This document shows, piece by piece, positions 36,933 through 46,351 of a stretch of DNA of 64,000 nt. The position numbers and the translations under genes are program-made. Under the pieces are notes generated by a model. The model saw only the letters and a program-made list of their open reading frames with translations, did not search any database and had not been told where the DNA came from. Each line of letters starts with the position of its first letter. The first letter of the stretch is position 1. The DNA comes from PVC group bacterium (GTDB taxonomy: Bacteria; Omnitrophota; Gorgyraeia; B26-G9), in assembly GCA_024231215.1 (NCBI GenBank), contig JAAEQR010000072.1, positions 449,210 to 513,209 of the forward strand. The letters run 5' to 3'.

Positions 36933-38567
36933 ATGAAAAGGATTTTCAGGTTACTGGTATTTGTTTTATGCCTATGCCTTATCGGGGTTTTGACTCCATT
37001 GCCGATGCTTTTAGCGCAGGCTACGTATGAGATTGAAGACGATGCTGATATTTCAGAATCTGAACTGGAAGATGATGGATTGGTATCGTTGGATTTTAAG
37101 GATGCGAATCTAAAAGATGTCTTAAAAGTCTTTTCACAACAGTCTGGCTTAAATTTTGTGGCAACACAAAATATTCAGGATAGACCGGTAACTCTTTACA
37201 TGGAAGAGGTTAAAGTTGAGAATGCATTACAGGCGTTACTAGCCTCAAATAATCTAGGTTTGGAACAGTCTCCGGGGAGCAATATTATTATTGTTAAGGC
37301 TCAGCCTGTTCCCCCGGTACAAACAAAAACTAAAGTGTATAAAATGCGTTATTTTCACGGGAACGTTTCTCCCGGACAATATCTTATGCAAAAGGGAAGT
37401 GTTGCTCAGGGGAGCGGGATGAATTGGGAAGCGATTATACGTCCTTTATTGAGCGAAGTAGGCACTTTGGTGAATTATGCTAATTTATTGGTTATTACTG
37501 ATGTTCCCGCTAGATTTAAACTTATTGACCAGGTGATCGCGGAGATTGATCGGCCGATTCCTGAAGTAATGTTAGAAGTGGAATTGATTGAAACAACTTC
37601 GGATTTCTTAAAAGATGTGGGGGTAAAATGGGGCAAAGAATTTGCTAAATTTACCGGGCCTAGTACTATTAGCTCGATGCCTTATGCTCATTGGAAAAAA
37701 CCTGGTAATGAAGGGTATATGCTACCAAGCAGTATGGCGGATGGTACACGTTTTCAATACGGATTGATGAGTTCTGCAGGGCTTAGTTTTCTTCTGGAAA
37801 TGCTTGAATCAGATACCAGTACAAAATTTTTATCAAAACCGAGAATACTTTGTCAGGATCGGGAATGGGCAGAAATCAAAATAACAGCGAATCAGATAGT
37901 TTCAATTAAGACTACGGTAACAGAGACAACTACGGAAACAGAAGTAGAAAGAATGGAAGTAGGAACAATTTTAAGGATTGTGCCGTTAATCAATGAAGAA
38001 GAGGGATTTGTATCATTGCTCTTAGAGCCTAGTATTTCACGACCAAAAGATTCTCCATTTACAGCTCCTGCGGCAATGGGGGGAGCAAATTATGTTGATC
38101 CGCAAAAACGCAGTATGAGAACAACGGTTATGATTAGAGATGGCGATACGGTTGCGGTAGGAGGTTTTATTACTACAGAAGACCAGGAGAGTTCGACTAA
38201 AGTTCCTTGGTTAGGTGATATTCCTTTATTTGGGATGTTTTTTAGACATAAGTCAATAGACAGGATAGATAAAGAGCTTATGATTTTTATTACGCCTAAG
38301 ATTATACGGCCGACAGATAGGATGGAGATGTGGGTTGATAATGTATCTACAGGCGGGGAACAATCAATGGCGGCTAAGCCTGTTGAAAAAGAAGATAAAT
38401 CTGAAAAGCTAATAGAAAAACTTAAGATCGAATCTAAAGCTAAACAAGAACCGGTAGCAATCAAACCCCAGCCGGTTAAAGCGCTTCCCTTTAGAGAGCA
38501 GGACGATTTAAAGTTAGATCTTACAATGCAAAGCCCGGGAATGATCGGTGTAGATTTATTAAAGTAA
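36933..38567 (+). CDS. pilQ: type IV pilus secretin PilQ
   Basis: Signal peptide. Secretin C-domain RDGDTVAVGGFITTEDQESSTKVPWLGDIPLFGMFFRHKSIDRIDKELMIFITPKII. Confidence 0.85.
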   Translation: MKRIFRLLVFVLCLCLIGVLTPLPMLLAQATYEIEDDADISESELEDDGLVSLDFKDANLKDVLKVFSQQSGLNFVATQNIQDRPVTLYMEEVKVENALQALLASNNLGLEQSPGSNIIIVKAQPVPPVQTKTKVYKMRYFHGNVSPGQYLMQKGSVAQGSGMNWEAIIRPLLSEVGTLVNYANLLVITDVPARFKLIDQVIAEIDRPIPEVMLEVELIETTSDFLKDVGVKWGKEFAKFTGPSTISSMPYAHWKKPGNEGYMLPSSMADGTRFQYGLMSSAGLSFLLEMLESDTSTKFLSKPRILCQDREWAEIKITANQIVSIKTTVTETTTETEVERMEVGTILRIVPLINEEEGFVSLLLEPSISRPKDSPFTAPAAMGGANYVDPQKRSMRTTVMIRDGDTVAVGGFITTEDQESSTKVPWLGDIPLFGMFFRHKSIDRIDKELMIFITPKIIRPTDRMEMWVDNVSTGGEQSMAAKPVEKEDKSEKLIEKLKIESKAKQEPVAIKPQPVKALPFREQDDLKLDLTMQSPGMIGVDLLK

Positions 38568-38584
38568 TTATTGAAAGATAGAAA

Positions 38585-40276
38585 ATGATTAAATCAGAGT
38601 TAAAATTAGGTGATATTTTAAAAAAGCAAAATCTGCTTACTGAACTAGATCTACAACGGGCGCTTGCTGAACAAAAGCGCAAAGGTGGTAAACTCGGCGA
38701 AATTTTAGTTGAGATGGGGATTGTGACTGATAAAGATATTGCAGTTGCTTTGGCAAAACAATTGCGGGTTATGTTTGTAGATATGGAAAAGGGCTTGCTC
38801 AAGCCTAATATTCATCAGGGATTGGAAAAGCTTATTCCCGAGGAGTATGCTAAAGAGCATTATATATTACCACTTTCTAAACACGGACAAAGTCTCACCG
38901 TAGCGATGATCGACCCTTTAGACCTAATGACTATTGACGATATTATGAAAATGACTGCTTGTGATGTTAGTGTGGTTGTAACTACTTCCGGCGATATGGT
39001 AAAGGGCATTGAGGAGTTTTATGGCAGCAAAGAAATGAGGAAAAAGAATATCCAGGAGAAGTTTATTTTAATGGATTCATCTGGGGGTAAAAAAGATAGA
39101 TTTGATGTCAGAGATGTTGTTTCCGATGCCGATGCCGCGCCGATCGTTAAGTTTGTGGATATAATAATGCTTGAGGCTATTGAGAATGGGGCTTCAGATG
39201 TTCATGTTGAGCATTACGAGCAGAGAGTTAGTTTGCGTTATCGGATTGACGGGGTACTTTATGAGATGAATCCACCGGATCCTAAGATGTATTTTGCAAT
39301 TGTGTCTCGTATAAAAATATTGTCCAAAATGGATATTGCAGAACGCCGGTTACCTCAGGACGGAGCCTTTTCAATTTCCTACAAAGAGAAGGTTATCGAT
39401 GTTCGTGTTTCTTCTATCCCTGCTATTTTTGGGGAGAAAATAGTTATGAGGTTGTTAGACCAGGCCAAACTTCCTCTTGAGTTTGAATTTCTTGGGGTTT
39501 CTGATTTTGAATTAGCTAAGATTAAAGCCGAAATATATAAACCATTTGGTATGATTTTTATTAGCGGACCGACTGGTTCCGGGAAATCAACAACCTTATA
39601 CACTATATTAAATGAAATAAAAACACCTAAGAAGAATATTGTTACAGTTGAAGATCCGGTAGAATATAAACTAGATGGGATTAATCAGGTTCAAGTTAAA
39701 CCTCTTATTGGTTTGAATTTTGCGAATGCGTTACGTTCATTTTTGCGGCAGGATCCGGATATTATGATGGTGGGGGAAGTCCGGGATTTAGAAACTGCGC
39801 AAATGTGTATACGTTCAGCACTTACCGGTCACTTGGTATTTAGCACCTTGCATACTAATGATGCGCCGACTGCAGTAACTAGAATTATGGATATAGGGAT
39901 TGAACCTTTTTTGTTGGTTTCTTCATTACGTTTGATTGTTGCTCAGCGTTTAATTCGTAAGTTGTGTGACGAGTGTAAGCAGGAGATCAAGCCGGATGTT
40001 AGATTTAAGGATATGAAGCTTAACGGTCCGATATATGAAGCCAAAGGCTGTGAGAAATGTCGTTTTAGCGGGTATAGAGGTCGTGTTGGGATTTATGAGT
40101 GTTTACCTATAGGTGTGGAAATTAGAGACATGATTTATTACCGTAAGTCAAGTGATGAGATTAGAATCAGGGCTGAAGAATTAGGCATGCGATCTTTATA
40201 TGAGAGTGGGTTAGAAAAGATGAAACAAGGACTAACTTCGTATGAAGAGGTCTTGGCAGTAACTATTTCCAGTTAA
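38585..40276 (+). CDS. pilB: type IV pilus assembly ATPase PilB (GspE family) with N-terminal MshEN/T2SSE_N domain
   Basis: Walker A ISGPTGSGKSTTLY. Asp box and His box blocks. Tetracysteine CDECKQE...CEKCRFSGY. Confidence 0.9.
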   Translation: MIKSELKLGDILKKQNLLTELDLQRALAEQKRKGGKLGEILVEMGIVTDKDIAVALAKQLRVMFVDMEKGLLKPNIHQGLEKLIPEEYAKEHYILPLSKHGQSLTVAMIDPLDLMTIDDIMKMTACDVSVVVTTSGDMVKGIEEFYGSKEMRKKNIQEKFILMDSSGGKKDRFDVRDVVSDADAAPIVKFVDIIMLEAIENGASDVHVEHYEQRVSLRYRIDGVLYEMNPPDPKMYFAIVSRIKILSKMDIAERRLPQDGAFSISYKEKVIDVRVSSIPAIFGEKIVMRLLDQAKLPLEFEFLGVSDFELAKIKAEIYKPFGMIFISGPTGSGKSTTLYTILNEIKTPKKNIVTVEDPVEYKLDGINQVQVKPLIGLNFANALRSFLRQDPDIMMVGEVRDLETAQMCIRSALTGHLVFSTLHTNDAPTAVTRIMDIGIEPFLLVSSLRLIVAQRLIRKLCDECKQEIKPDVRFKDMKLNGPIYEAKGCEKCRFSGYRGRVGIYECLPIGVEIRDMIYYRKSSDEIRIRAEELGMRSLYESGLEKMKQGLTSYEEVLAVTISS

Positions 40277-40358
40277 TCTGCAATCAATATTCCTTTCCCA
40301 AATAAGTGATTATATAGTATATTAGTAATAGATATTAATAAGAAAAGAGAACTTTAAA

Positions 40359-41597
40359 ATGCCGGATTTTCTGTATAAAGCTAGAGATAAAGAAGGTAAT
40401 CTTGTTCAGGGGACAATGGTTGCTGAGTTGCAATCTGAAATTGTGGAGATTTTGCAGCGCAGAGGTTTATTAATCACTTCAATAGAAGAAATTGTTACTA
40501 AGCAAAAGACTCCAAAAACGTTTCTGTCAAGACCCAAAAAAAAAGCCGGTGGTTCTCGCAGGGTAAAGAACGATGATTTGTGTATATTTGCGCGACAGTT
40601 AGGAACATTATTAAATGCCGGGGTTCCATTATTGCGTAGTCTTAGCGTATTGGGTCAGCAAATAGGCAGTATTCCTCTGCAGCGGGCAGTTGAGAGTATA
40701 AAGGAAGATATCCAATCTGGAAGCACGTTAAGAGACGCTTTAGATAAACACCCTAAAGTCTTCTCAAAATTTTGGGTGAATTTGGTGGGAACAGGGGAGG
40801 CTTCTGGGCAGCTGCCTTCGGTTTTAGAGCAAATTGCCGAATATTTTGAAAGTTCCGGAGAATTGCATAGAAAAGTTATTTCTGCGTTGATATATCCGGC
40901 GATTCTAATGTCTGTTTGTTTCTCGGCAATTCTTGTTTTTGTTCTTAAAATAGTGCCTGTTTTTGCCGAGATGTTTGAAGGCTTTAACGCGGACCTGCCG
41001 GCGATCACTCAAAGTCTAGTTGATTTGAGTGCTATTCTTAGAAAATTCGCACTGCCGTTTATGATTTTACTGCCGGTGCTTATATATCTTATGATTCGGT
41101 TAGTTAATACGAATAAAGGGCGGTTGTATTATGATAAATTTCGTCTTCATTTGCCTATTTTTGGTAATTTATTTAGATATATCGCGATTTCCAACTTTGC
41201 GCGTGGTTTAGGGACAATGATTTCTAGTGGTGTTCCTATTCTTTATGCTCTGGAAATTGTAACTAAAACCGTAGGTAATCGTGTAGTAGAAGATTCTTTG
41301 GAAGTAGTCAAAGATAGCGTTCGCGATGGGAAGACAATAGCTGAACCACTTGAACAGACCGGTGTGTTTCCTCCGATGGTTGTGCTTATGGTAAACGTGG
41401 GAGAAGAGACGGGTGAGCTTTCTGATATGCTTAGACACGTGGCAAAATTTTATGACGAAAGAACCTCTATGATCGTGGAACGATTATCGGCATTATTAGA
41501 ACCATTTATGCTTGTTTTTATGGGAGTTGTTGTTGGATTTTTAGTTGTAGCGATGTTTCTGCCTATATTCCAGATGGCCTCAACTATAAAAATGTAA
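40359..41597 (+). CDS. pilC: type IV pilus inner-membrane platform protein PilC (GspF family)
   Basis: Duplicated GspF domain architecture. LGTLLNAGVPLLRSL and LGTMISSGVPILYAL repeats. Confidence 0.9.
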   Translation: MPDFLYKARDKEGNLVQGTMVAELQSEIVEILQRRGLLITSIEEIVTKQKTPKTFLSRPKKKAGGSRRVKNDDLCIFARQLGTLLNAGVPLLRSLSVLGQQIGSIPLQRAVESIKEDIQSGSTLRDALDKHPKVFSKFWVNLVGTGEASGQLPSVLEQIAEYFESSGELHRKVISALIYPAILMSVCFSAILVFVLKIVPVFAEMFEGFNADLPAITQSLVDLSAILRKFALPFMILLPVLIYLMIRLVNTNKGRLYYDKFRLHLPIFGNLFRYIAISNFARGLGTMISSGVPILYALEIVTKTVGNRVVEDSLEVVKDSVRDGKTIAEPLEQTGVFPPMVVLMVNVGEETGELSDMLRHVAKFYDERTSMIVERLSALLEPFMLVFMGVVVGFLVVAMFLPIFQMASTIKM

Positions 41598-41618
41598 TAA
41601 TTTAAGGAGGCGGTTATA

Positions 41619-42020
41619 ATGCGTAGTAAAGGTTTTTCATTAGTTGAGTTGGTATTGGTTGTTTTGGTAATTGCGATACTGGTTAGTATTTCAGTTCCAA
41701 CATATTTTCAAACTGTAGAAAGAGCTAGAGCGCGAGAGGCCAGGGCTACGTTGGAGTCAATGTTTGCAGCACAGCGTAGTTATTCTGCAGAACGCAGAAC
41801 ATTTATTGATTTGCCTCAGGCGAGTAATCCTGAATGGTTGGCAGTTGGTTTGGAAAATCCCAATCTCAATACTAATAGGGCGTTTGATTATTCTTTGGAT
41901 GAGACAGGAGGCAATGCTTTTGATGCAACTGCTACACGGCGCAGTGGGTATAATGCAGGAGAGATTATCGAAATTGACGAAACCGGTGCGGAGACTGCAA
42001 GTACTAATTGGACTCCGTAG
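41619..42020 (+). CDS. second type IV pilin / pseudopilin (prepilin N-terminal cleavage-methylation domain)
   Basis: MRSKGFSLVELVLVVLVIAILVSISVPTYFQ. RBS AAGGAGG. Confidence 0.8.
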   Translation: MRSKGFSLVELVLVVLVIAILVSISVPTYFQTVERARAREARATLESMFAAQRSYSAERRTFIDLPQASNPEWLAVGLENPNLNTNRAFDYSLDETGGNAFDATATRRSGYNAGEIIEIDETGAETASTNWTP

Positions 42021-43166
42021 TTATTGAATTAAAGAGGCAATAGTACGAGCTGCATTTTTGTTTGCTCCGGAAGAGCCTAATTTTAATTTTGCCGCGGTTA
42101 ATTGTAATATTAATTGATCGCGGCTTTTTCTATTCTGTTGAAAAAATCTTAAAGAGCATTCTGTAATATTTTTAGGAGTAGCCTGGAACTGAATAAATTC
42201 CTCAACTATTTTTTCTTCAGCCACAACATTTATAAGCCCAATAAACGGAAGTTTAATGAGAAATTTCGATATGCACCAGGTGAAAAGACTGGTTTTATAA
42301 ACGATAGCCATGGGGATGCCTAATATCGCGGTTTCTAGTGTTGCGGTGCCTGAACATACCCAGGCAAAAAAGCAAACACTTAAAAAATTGTAATTATTTT
42401 CTTTAATGACTTGAATGTTTTCAACTGGATATTTATGAAGCAATTCATTAATGAGTTCATCTTTTATGTTCGGAGATTTTATTAATATAAATTTCGTTTG
42501 CGGCATTTTTTGCGCAAATAATTGAGCACTTTTTAACATTACCGGTAATATTCTTTTTATTTCAACTTCTCTAGATCCCGGAAGGAGTCCAATTATCAGG
42601 TCTTTTTCTGTATAGCTTAATTTCTTTAGTAATAATGACTTAGATTGGGTGTTTTTAACTGTGTCTGTTAAGGGGTGTCCGACAAAAGTTACCGGTACGT
42701 TATTACGTTCATAGAGTTTTTTTTCAAACTCAAAAATAACAATCATATGATCGACGATATCTCGTATAAGATGAACACGTTTTTTACCCCAGGCCCAGAT
42801 TTGAGGACTAATATAATAAATTATTTTAACTTGCGGGCATTCTTTCTTGATACGTTTAGCCAGTCTAAGGTTAAAGCCGGGAAAGTCGATAAGAATAATT
42901 GCTTTGGGTTTAGTTTCCTTGACTTTTCGAATTGTCATCTCAAAAATTTGTTTATATATTTTAAGATGTTTTAGAACTTCAATAAATCCAATTACCGCAT
43001 GCTTGGTCAAATCAGCAAATATTTTCACCCCGGCTTGGGACATTTGTTTGCTGCCAATACCTGATATCTTTAGGTTTGGAGATAATGCTTTTAGTTCCTT
43101 TACCAGATGAGATCCATGCATGTCTGCAGAGGGCTCTCCGGCAATTATAAAAATTGTATCATTCAT
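42021..43166 (-). CDS. lpxB: lipid-A-disaccharide synthase
   Basis: N-terminus IFIIAGEPSADMHGSHLVKELK and the overall GT19 pattern. Confidence 0.85.
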   Translation of the reverse strand: MNDTIFIIAGEPSADMHGSHLVKELKALSPNLKISGIGSKQMSQAGVKIFADLTKHAVIGFIEVLKHLKIYKQIFEMTIRKVKETKPKAIILIDFPGFNLRLAKRIKKECPQVKIIYYISPQIWAWGKKRVHLIRDIVDHMIVIFEFEKKLYERNNVPVTFVGHPLTDTVKNTQSKSLLLKKLSYTEKDLIIGLLPGSREVEIKRILPVMLKSAQLFAQKMPQTKFILIKSPNIKDELINELLHKYPVENIQVIKENNYNFLSVCFFAWVCSGTATLETAILGIPMAIVYKTSLFTWCISKFLIKLPFIGLINVVAEEKIVEEFIQFQATPKNITECSLRFFQQNRKSRDQLILQLTAAKLKLGSSGANKNAARTIASLIQ

Positions 43167-44119
43167 TTTTTCTTCTGTATTTGTTTGTTAATGGTTAGGG
43201 CAATTTTTAACGCTTGTTTTGCGTCTTTCCCGCAGACGACAGGGTCTTTGCCTTTTTTGATGCAGTCAATGAAAGAACGCAATTCTTCGGCTAGGGGCTG
43301 TTTTTTTGAAACTTCAATCTCTTTACAGGTTATTTTTGTTCCTTTTTTCTTAAAAAGAGTTATTTTCTGAGATGCATAATCAATACTTATATACGTATCT
43401 TTCTGGAATATTCTTATCTTTCGCAATACATCGTTGCTGACTCTACTGGCTGTAATATTACAGACAGTTCCATTTTTAAATACCAGTCGTGTATTAGCAA
43501 TATCTTCAGAGCGAGAGAGTACTTTTACCCCGACGGCGTCACAGCTTTTTAAGGAAGAGCGGATGAGCGAAAGGACTATGTCTATATCATGGATCATTAG
43601 ATCCAATACTACGCTTACATCAGTTCCTCTTTGAGGATAAGGACTTAATCGGTGACATTCAATGAATTGTGCATTCTTGCATAATTTCTGTACAGCTTTT
43701 ACCGCAGGATTGAATCTTTCTACATGGCCTACTTGTAGGATTTGATTGTTTTTGCGTGCAAGACGAATCAGTTTTTCTGCATCTTCGATTGTTGTCGTTA
43801 TAGGTTTTTCCACCATTACGTGGATATTGTTTTTAAGGAAATATTTAGCGATATCAAAATGAGAGGTAGTTGTAGTGGCAATGCTTACAGCATCGACTTT
43901 ATTTAGGATGTCTTTATAGTTAATAAAGCTTTGGGTATTAAAGTGCTGAGCATTGAGCTTGGCTTTTTCTTCGTCGATGTCACAGATTCCGATCAGTTGA
44001 GTATCTTTAAACTCAGAGTAAATCCGGGCGTGAATCTTGCCGAGATGGCCGGCTCCAATTACTGCTACTTTTATTAATTTCATAATAACAACTGTAGCAG
44101 AGTGTAAAGGGGTTGTCAA
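43163..44119 (-). CDS. Gfo/Idh/MocA-family NAD(P)-dependent oxidoreductase, co-transcribed with lpxB
   Basis: KVAVIGAGHLGKIHARIY Rossmann N-terminus. EKP motif (VMVEKPITTT). ATGA-type overlap with lpxB. Confidence 0.75.
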   Translation of the reverse strand: MTTPLHSATVVIMKLIKVAVIGAGHLGKIHARIYSEFKDTQLIGICDIDEEKAKLNAQHFNTQSFINYKDILNKVDAVSIATTTTSHFDIAKYFLKNNIHVMVEKPITTTIEDAEKLIRLARKNNQILQVGHVERFNPAVKAVQKLCKNAQFIECHRLSPYPQRGTDVSVVLDLMIHDIDIVLSLIRSSLKSCDAVGVKVLSRSEDIANTRLVFKNGTVCNITASRVSNDVLRKIRIFQKDTYISIDYASQKITLFKKKGTKITCKEIEVSKKQPLAEELRSFIDCIKKGKDPVVCGKDAKQALKIALTINKQIQKKK

Positions 44120-44176
44120 CTATCTGGTTTAATTTGTTGACGTCAGAATGTATTTATAGTATCCTGTAATGCTATA

Positions 44177-45097
44177 ATGAAAAAGATTATTCGTATAATT
44201 GTATCCTGGATTGGGTATTTTGGCTTTAAGTTTTTAATATATGTGATTAAGCATCTACCTCACAAGATAGTCTATTCTTGTGGAAGTGTTTTGAGTTCGT
44301 TGTACTATGTCTGTGCCAGAAGGAACAGACAATTGGCTTTACGTAATATAAGGCTGGCTTTGGGTGATGAGCTGTCTCTGGTGAGATTAAATTCTGTGGT
44401 CAGGGAAAGTTTCAAGACCATGGGGCAGGTAGTTCTTGATACCATACGGTTTAAAGATTTGCCTAAAGAAAAAATACGAGATTTAATCGCAGTTGAAGGA
44501 TTTGAGAATTTTAAAAAGGCAGTAGAAGGCGGTAAAGGAGTAATTGTTGTAAGTGCCCATATGGGGAGTTTTTCATTGGTAGCGAAACGCTTAACCATAG
44601 AGGGACATAAAGCAAGCTTTGTTGCCAGACATATGCGGGATAAAAAGATGGAAAAGGTTCTTGTTAAATTATGTCGTGAAGCAGGACAAAAAATAATATT
44701 CAATAGTCCTATAGTTGCGTTTTACCGTCGTTGTATTCGTAGTTTGGCGAAAAATGAGAGCGTTATTATCGAGCTTGATCAAAATTTTGGCACTGAAGGG
44801 ATACCGTTAAGTTTTTTTGGCCGACAAGCTATGGTTGCACCCGGGCCGATAGTTTTATCTATAAGGACAGAAGCTCCGATTTTGCCGATGTTTATTGTTA
44901 AAAAGAAGGATAATACGCATGTGTTAAAAATAGAGCCGGCAATTGAGCTTAGTTTTACTGATGACGCCGATAAGGATATGCGTAATAATTTGCAAAAGAT
45001 AATTGATGTTATTGAGGCATATATACGTAGATATCCGGGGCAATGGGTAAACTGGATACATAAACGTTGGGATGTGGGTAAAGAGTCTAAAAGTTGA
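44177..45097 (+). CDS. lpxL: lipid A biosynthesis lauroyl/myristoyl acyltransferase family (LpxL/HtrB-like lysophospholipid acyltransferase)
   Basis: N-terminal TM anchor. Acyltransferase block VVSAHMGSF. C-terminal PGQWVNWIHKRW typical of LpxL/LpxM. Confidence 0.65.
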   Translation: MKKIIRIIVSWIGYFGFKFLIYVIKHLPHKIVYSCGSVLSSLYYVCARRNRQLALRNIRLALGDELSLVRLNSVVRESFKTMGQVVLDTIRFKDLPKEKIRDLIAVEGFENFKKAVEGGKGVIVVSAHMGSFSLVAKRLTIEGHKASFVARHMRDKKMEKVLVKLCREAGQKIIFNSPIVAFYRRCIRSLAKNESVIIELDQNFGTEGIPLSFFGRQAMVAPGPIVLSIRTEAPILPMFIVKKKDNTHVLKIEPAIELSFTDDADKDMRNNLQKIIDVIEAYIRRYPGQWVNWIHKRWDVGKESKS

Positions 45098-45202
45098 CAT
45101 TTTAGGCATAAGCAGATACAATATCTTCTTGTTACTATATATATTAAACTATTATTAATAAAGTACTAAAATATTTTTAATAAACAAAAAGGATGGATTA
45201 AA

Positions 45203-46078
45203 ATGAAAAAAGTTATTAAACTCGGCTTGCCCAAAGGCAGTTTGCAGGAATCTACATTTCGTTTGTTTAAAAAAGCGGGATTTTCTGTTAGTGTCGCTGT
45301 CCGGTCATATTTTCCCTATATCGATGATGAAGAAATAGAACCGGTTTTGATCAGAGCTCAGGAAATACCTCGATATGTAGAGAATGGTGTTTTAGATTGT
45401 GGAATTACAGGAGCTGACTGGATATCGGAAAACAGTGCCAAGGTTGTAGTTATTGCTGATTTGATGTATTCTAAGCAGAGTAAGAATCCTGTTCGTTGGG
45501 TGTTAGCTGTGCCGAATGATTCGAAATTTAAGTCAGTCAAGGGGCTTCAGGGAAAACTTATTGCTACGGAGCTTGTCAATGTTACGAAAAAATATTTGAA
45601 AAAAAATAAAGTAAAGGCAGCTGTGGAGTTTAGCTGGGGATCAACCGAGGCAAAAGTACCTCAATTAGTGGATGCTATTGTGGAATTGACAGAGACTGGT
45701 TCGAGTTTGCGTGCTAATAATTTAAAGATTATTGACACAATTTGTCAGTCTACCACACAGTTTATTGCTAATAAAAATGCCTGGAAGAATGCATGGAAAA
45801 AAGACAAAATGGAAAATATCGCGATGCTGTTTAAGGGGGCGATTGAGGCAGAAGAAAAGGTTGGGTTGAAACTGAATGTGAGTCATAATAATTTAAAAAA
45901 GATACTTTCCTTGCTGCCGGCGATGAATAATCCTACAATTTCCCACTTGAGTCGAGACCGATGGTATGCGATAGAGATAGTTACTGAGGAAAAGATAGTA
46001 AAGAAATTGATCCCAAGGTTAAAGAAAGCCGGGGCAGAAGGGATCATTGAATATAATTTAAGTAAAGTTGTTCCCTGA
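45203..46078 (+). CDS. hisG: ATP phosphoribosyltransferase, long form with C-terminal regulatory domain
   Basis: [24 protein letters not shown]-terminus. 291 aa. Confidence 0.85.
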   Translation: MKKVIKLGLPKGSLQESTFRLFKKAGFSVSVAVRSYFPYIDDEEIEPVLIRAQEIPRYVENGVLDCGITGADWISENSAKVVVIADLMYSKQSKNPVRWVLAVPNDSKFKSVKGLQGKLIATELVNVTKKYLKKNKVKAAVEFSWGSTEAKVPQLVDAIVELTETGSSLRANNLKIIDTICQSTTQFIANKNAWKNAWKKDKMENIAMLFKGAIEAEEKVGLKLNVSHNNLKKILSLLPAMNNPTISHLSRDRWYAIEIVTEEKIVKKLIPRLKKAGAEGIIEYNLSKVVP

Positions 46079-46142
46079 ATAGTTTAAGACTTATAAGGTG
46101 AATAACGGTTCACTAGATAAAAGTTAAGGAGGAGGAAAGTCT

Positions 46143-46238
46143 ATGCCGTGCGGAAAGAAAAGAAAACGCGCAAAGATGTCTAATCACAAGCGGAAAAAAA
46201 GATTAAGAAGAGATAGACATAAGAAGAAAAACAAATAA
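46143..46238 (+). CDS. 31-aa highly basic small protein, ribosomal protein bS22-like (not in the supplied ORF track)
   Basis: Strong RBS AGGAGGAGG 6 nt upstream of ATG 46143. MPCGKKRKRAKMSNHKRKKRLRRDRHKKKNK resembles the actinobacterial/Bacteroidetes bS22 pattern (.KKRRKRM.KKKHRKLL.RTR). Confidence 0.45.
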   Translation: MPCGKKRKRAKMSNHKRKKRLRRDRHKKKNK

Positions 46239-46351
46239 GCAGTCGGGTAGTTTTTAAGTTTTCAGATCGTTTATCCTGAAGAGCAGAGTGAAGAAATATC
46301 TAAACATGAAGGCTCAAAAAGGATACTTTTAAATAAAAGGCAGCTTTTGAA

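Noticed and set aside
38090-38464. 124-aa - strand ORF
   Set aside because: Antisense inside the pilQ secretin gene. Serine/isoleucine-rich shadow frame.
41764-42027. 87-aa + strand ORF in an alternative frame
   Set aside because: Overlaps the second pilin gene out of frame. The pilin frame has the class III signal peptide and RBS, and this one has neither.
42675-43370. Three + strand ORFs (87-99 aa) at 42675-42974, 42847-43110 and 43107-43370
   Set aside because: All are antisense to lpxB and the Gfo/Idh/MocA gene on the - strand, which have clear family signatures.
44171-44178. TATAAT hexamer immediately at the lpxL start
   Set aside because: It overlaps the ATG start codon itself (ATAATG), so it cannot serve as a -10 element for this start. 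An upstream TTGACG (44139-44144) is a more plausible promoter component but is left uncalled.
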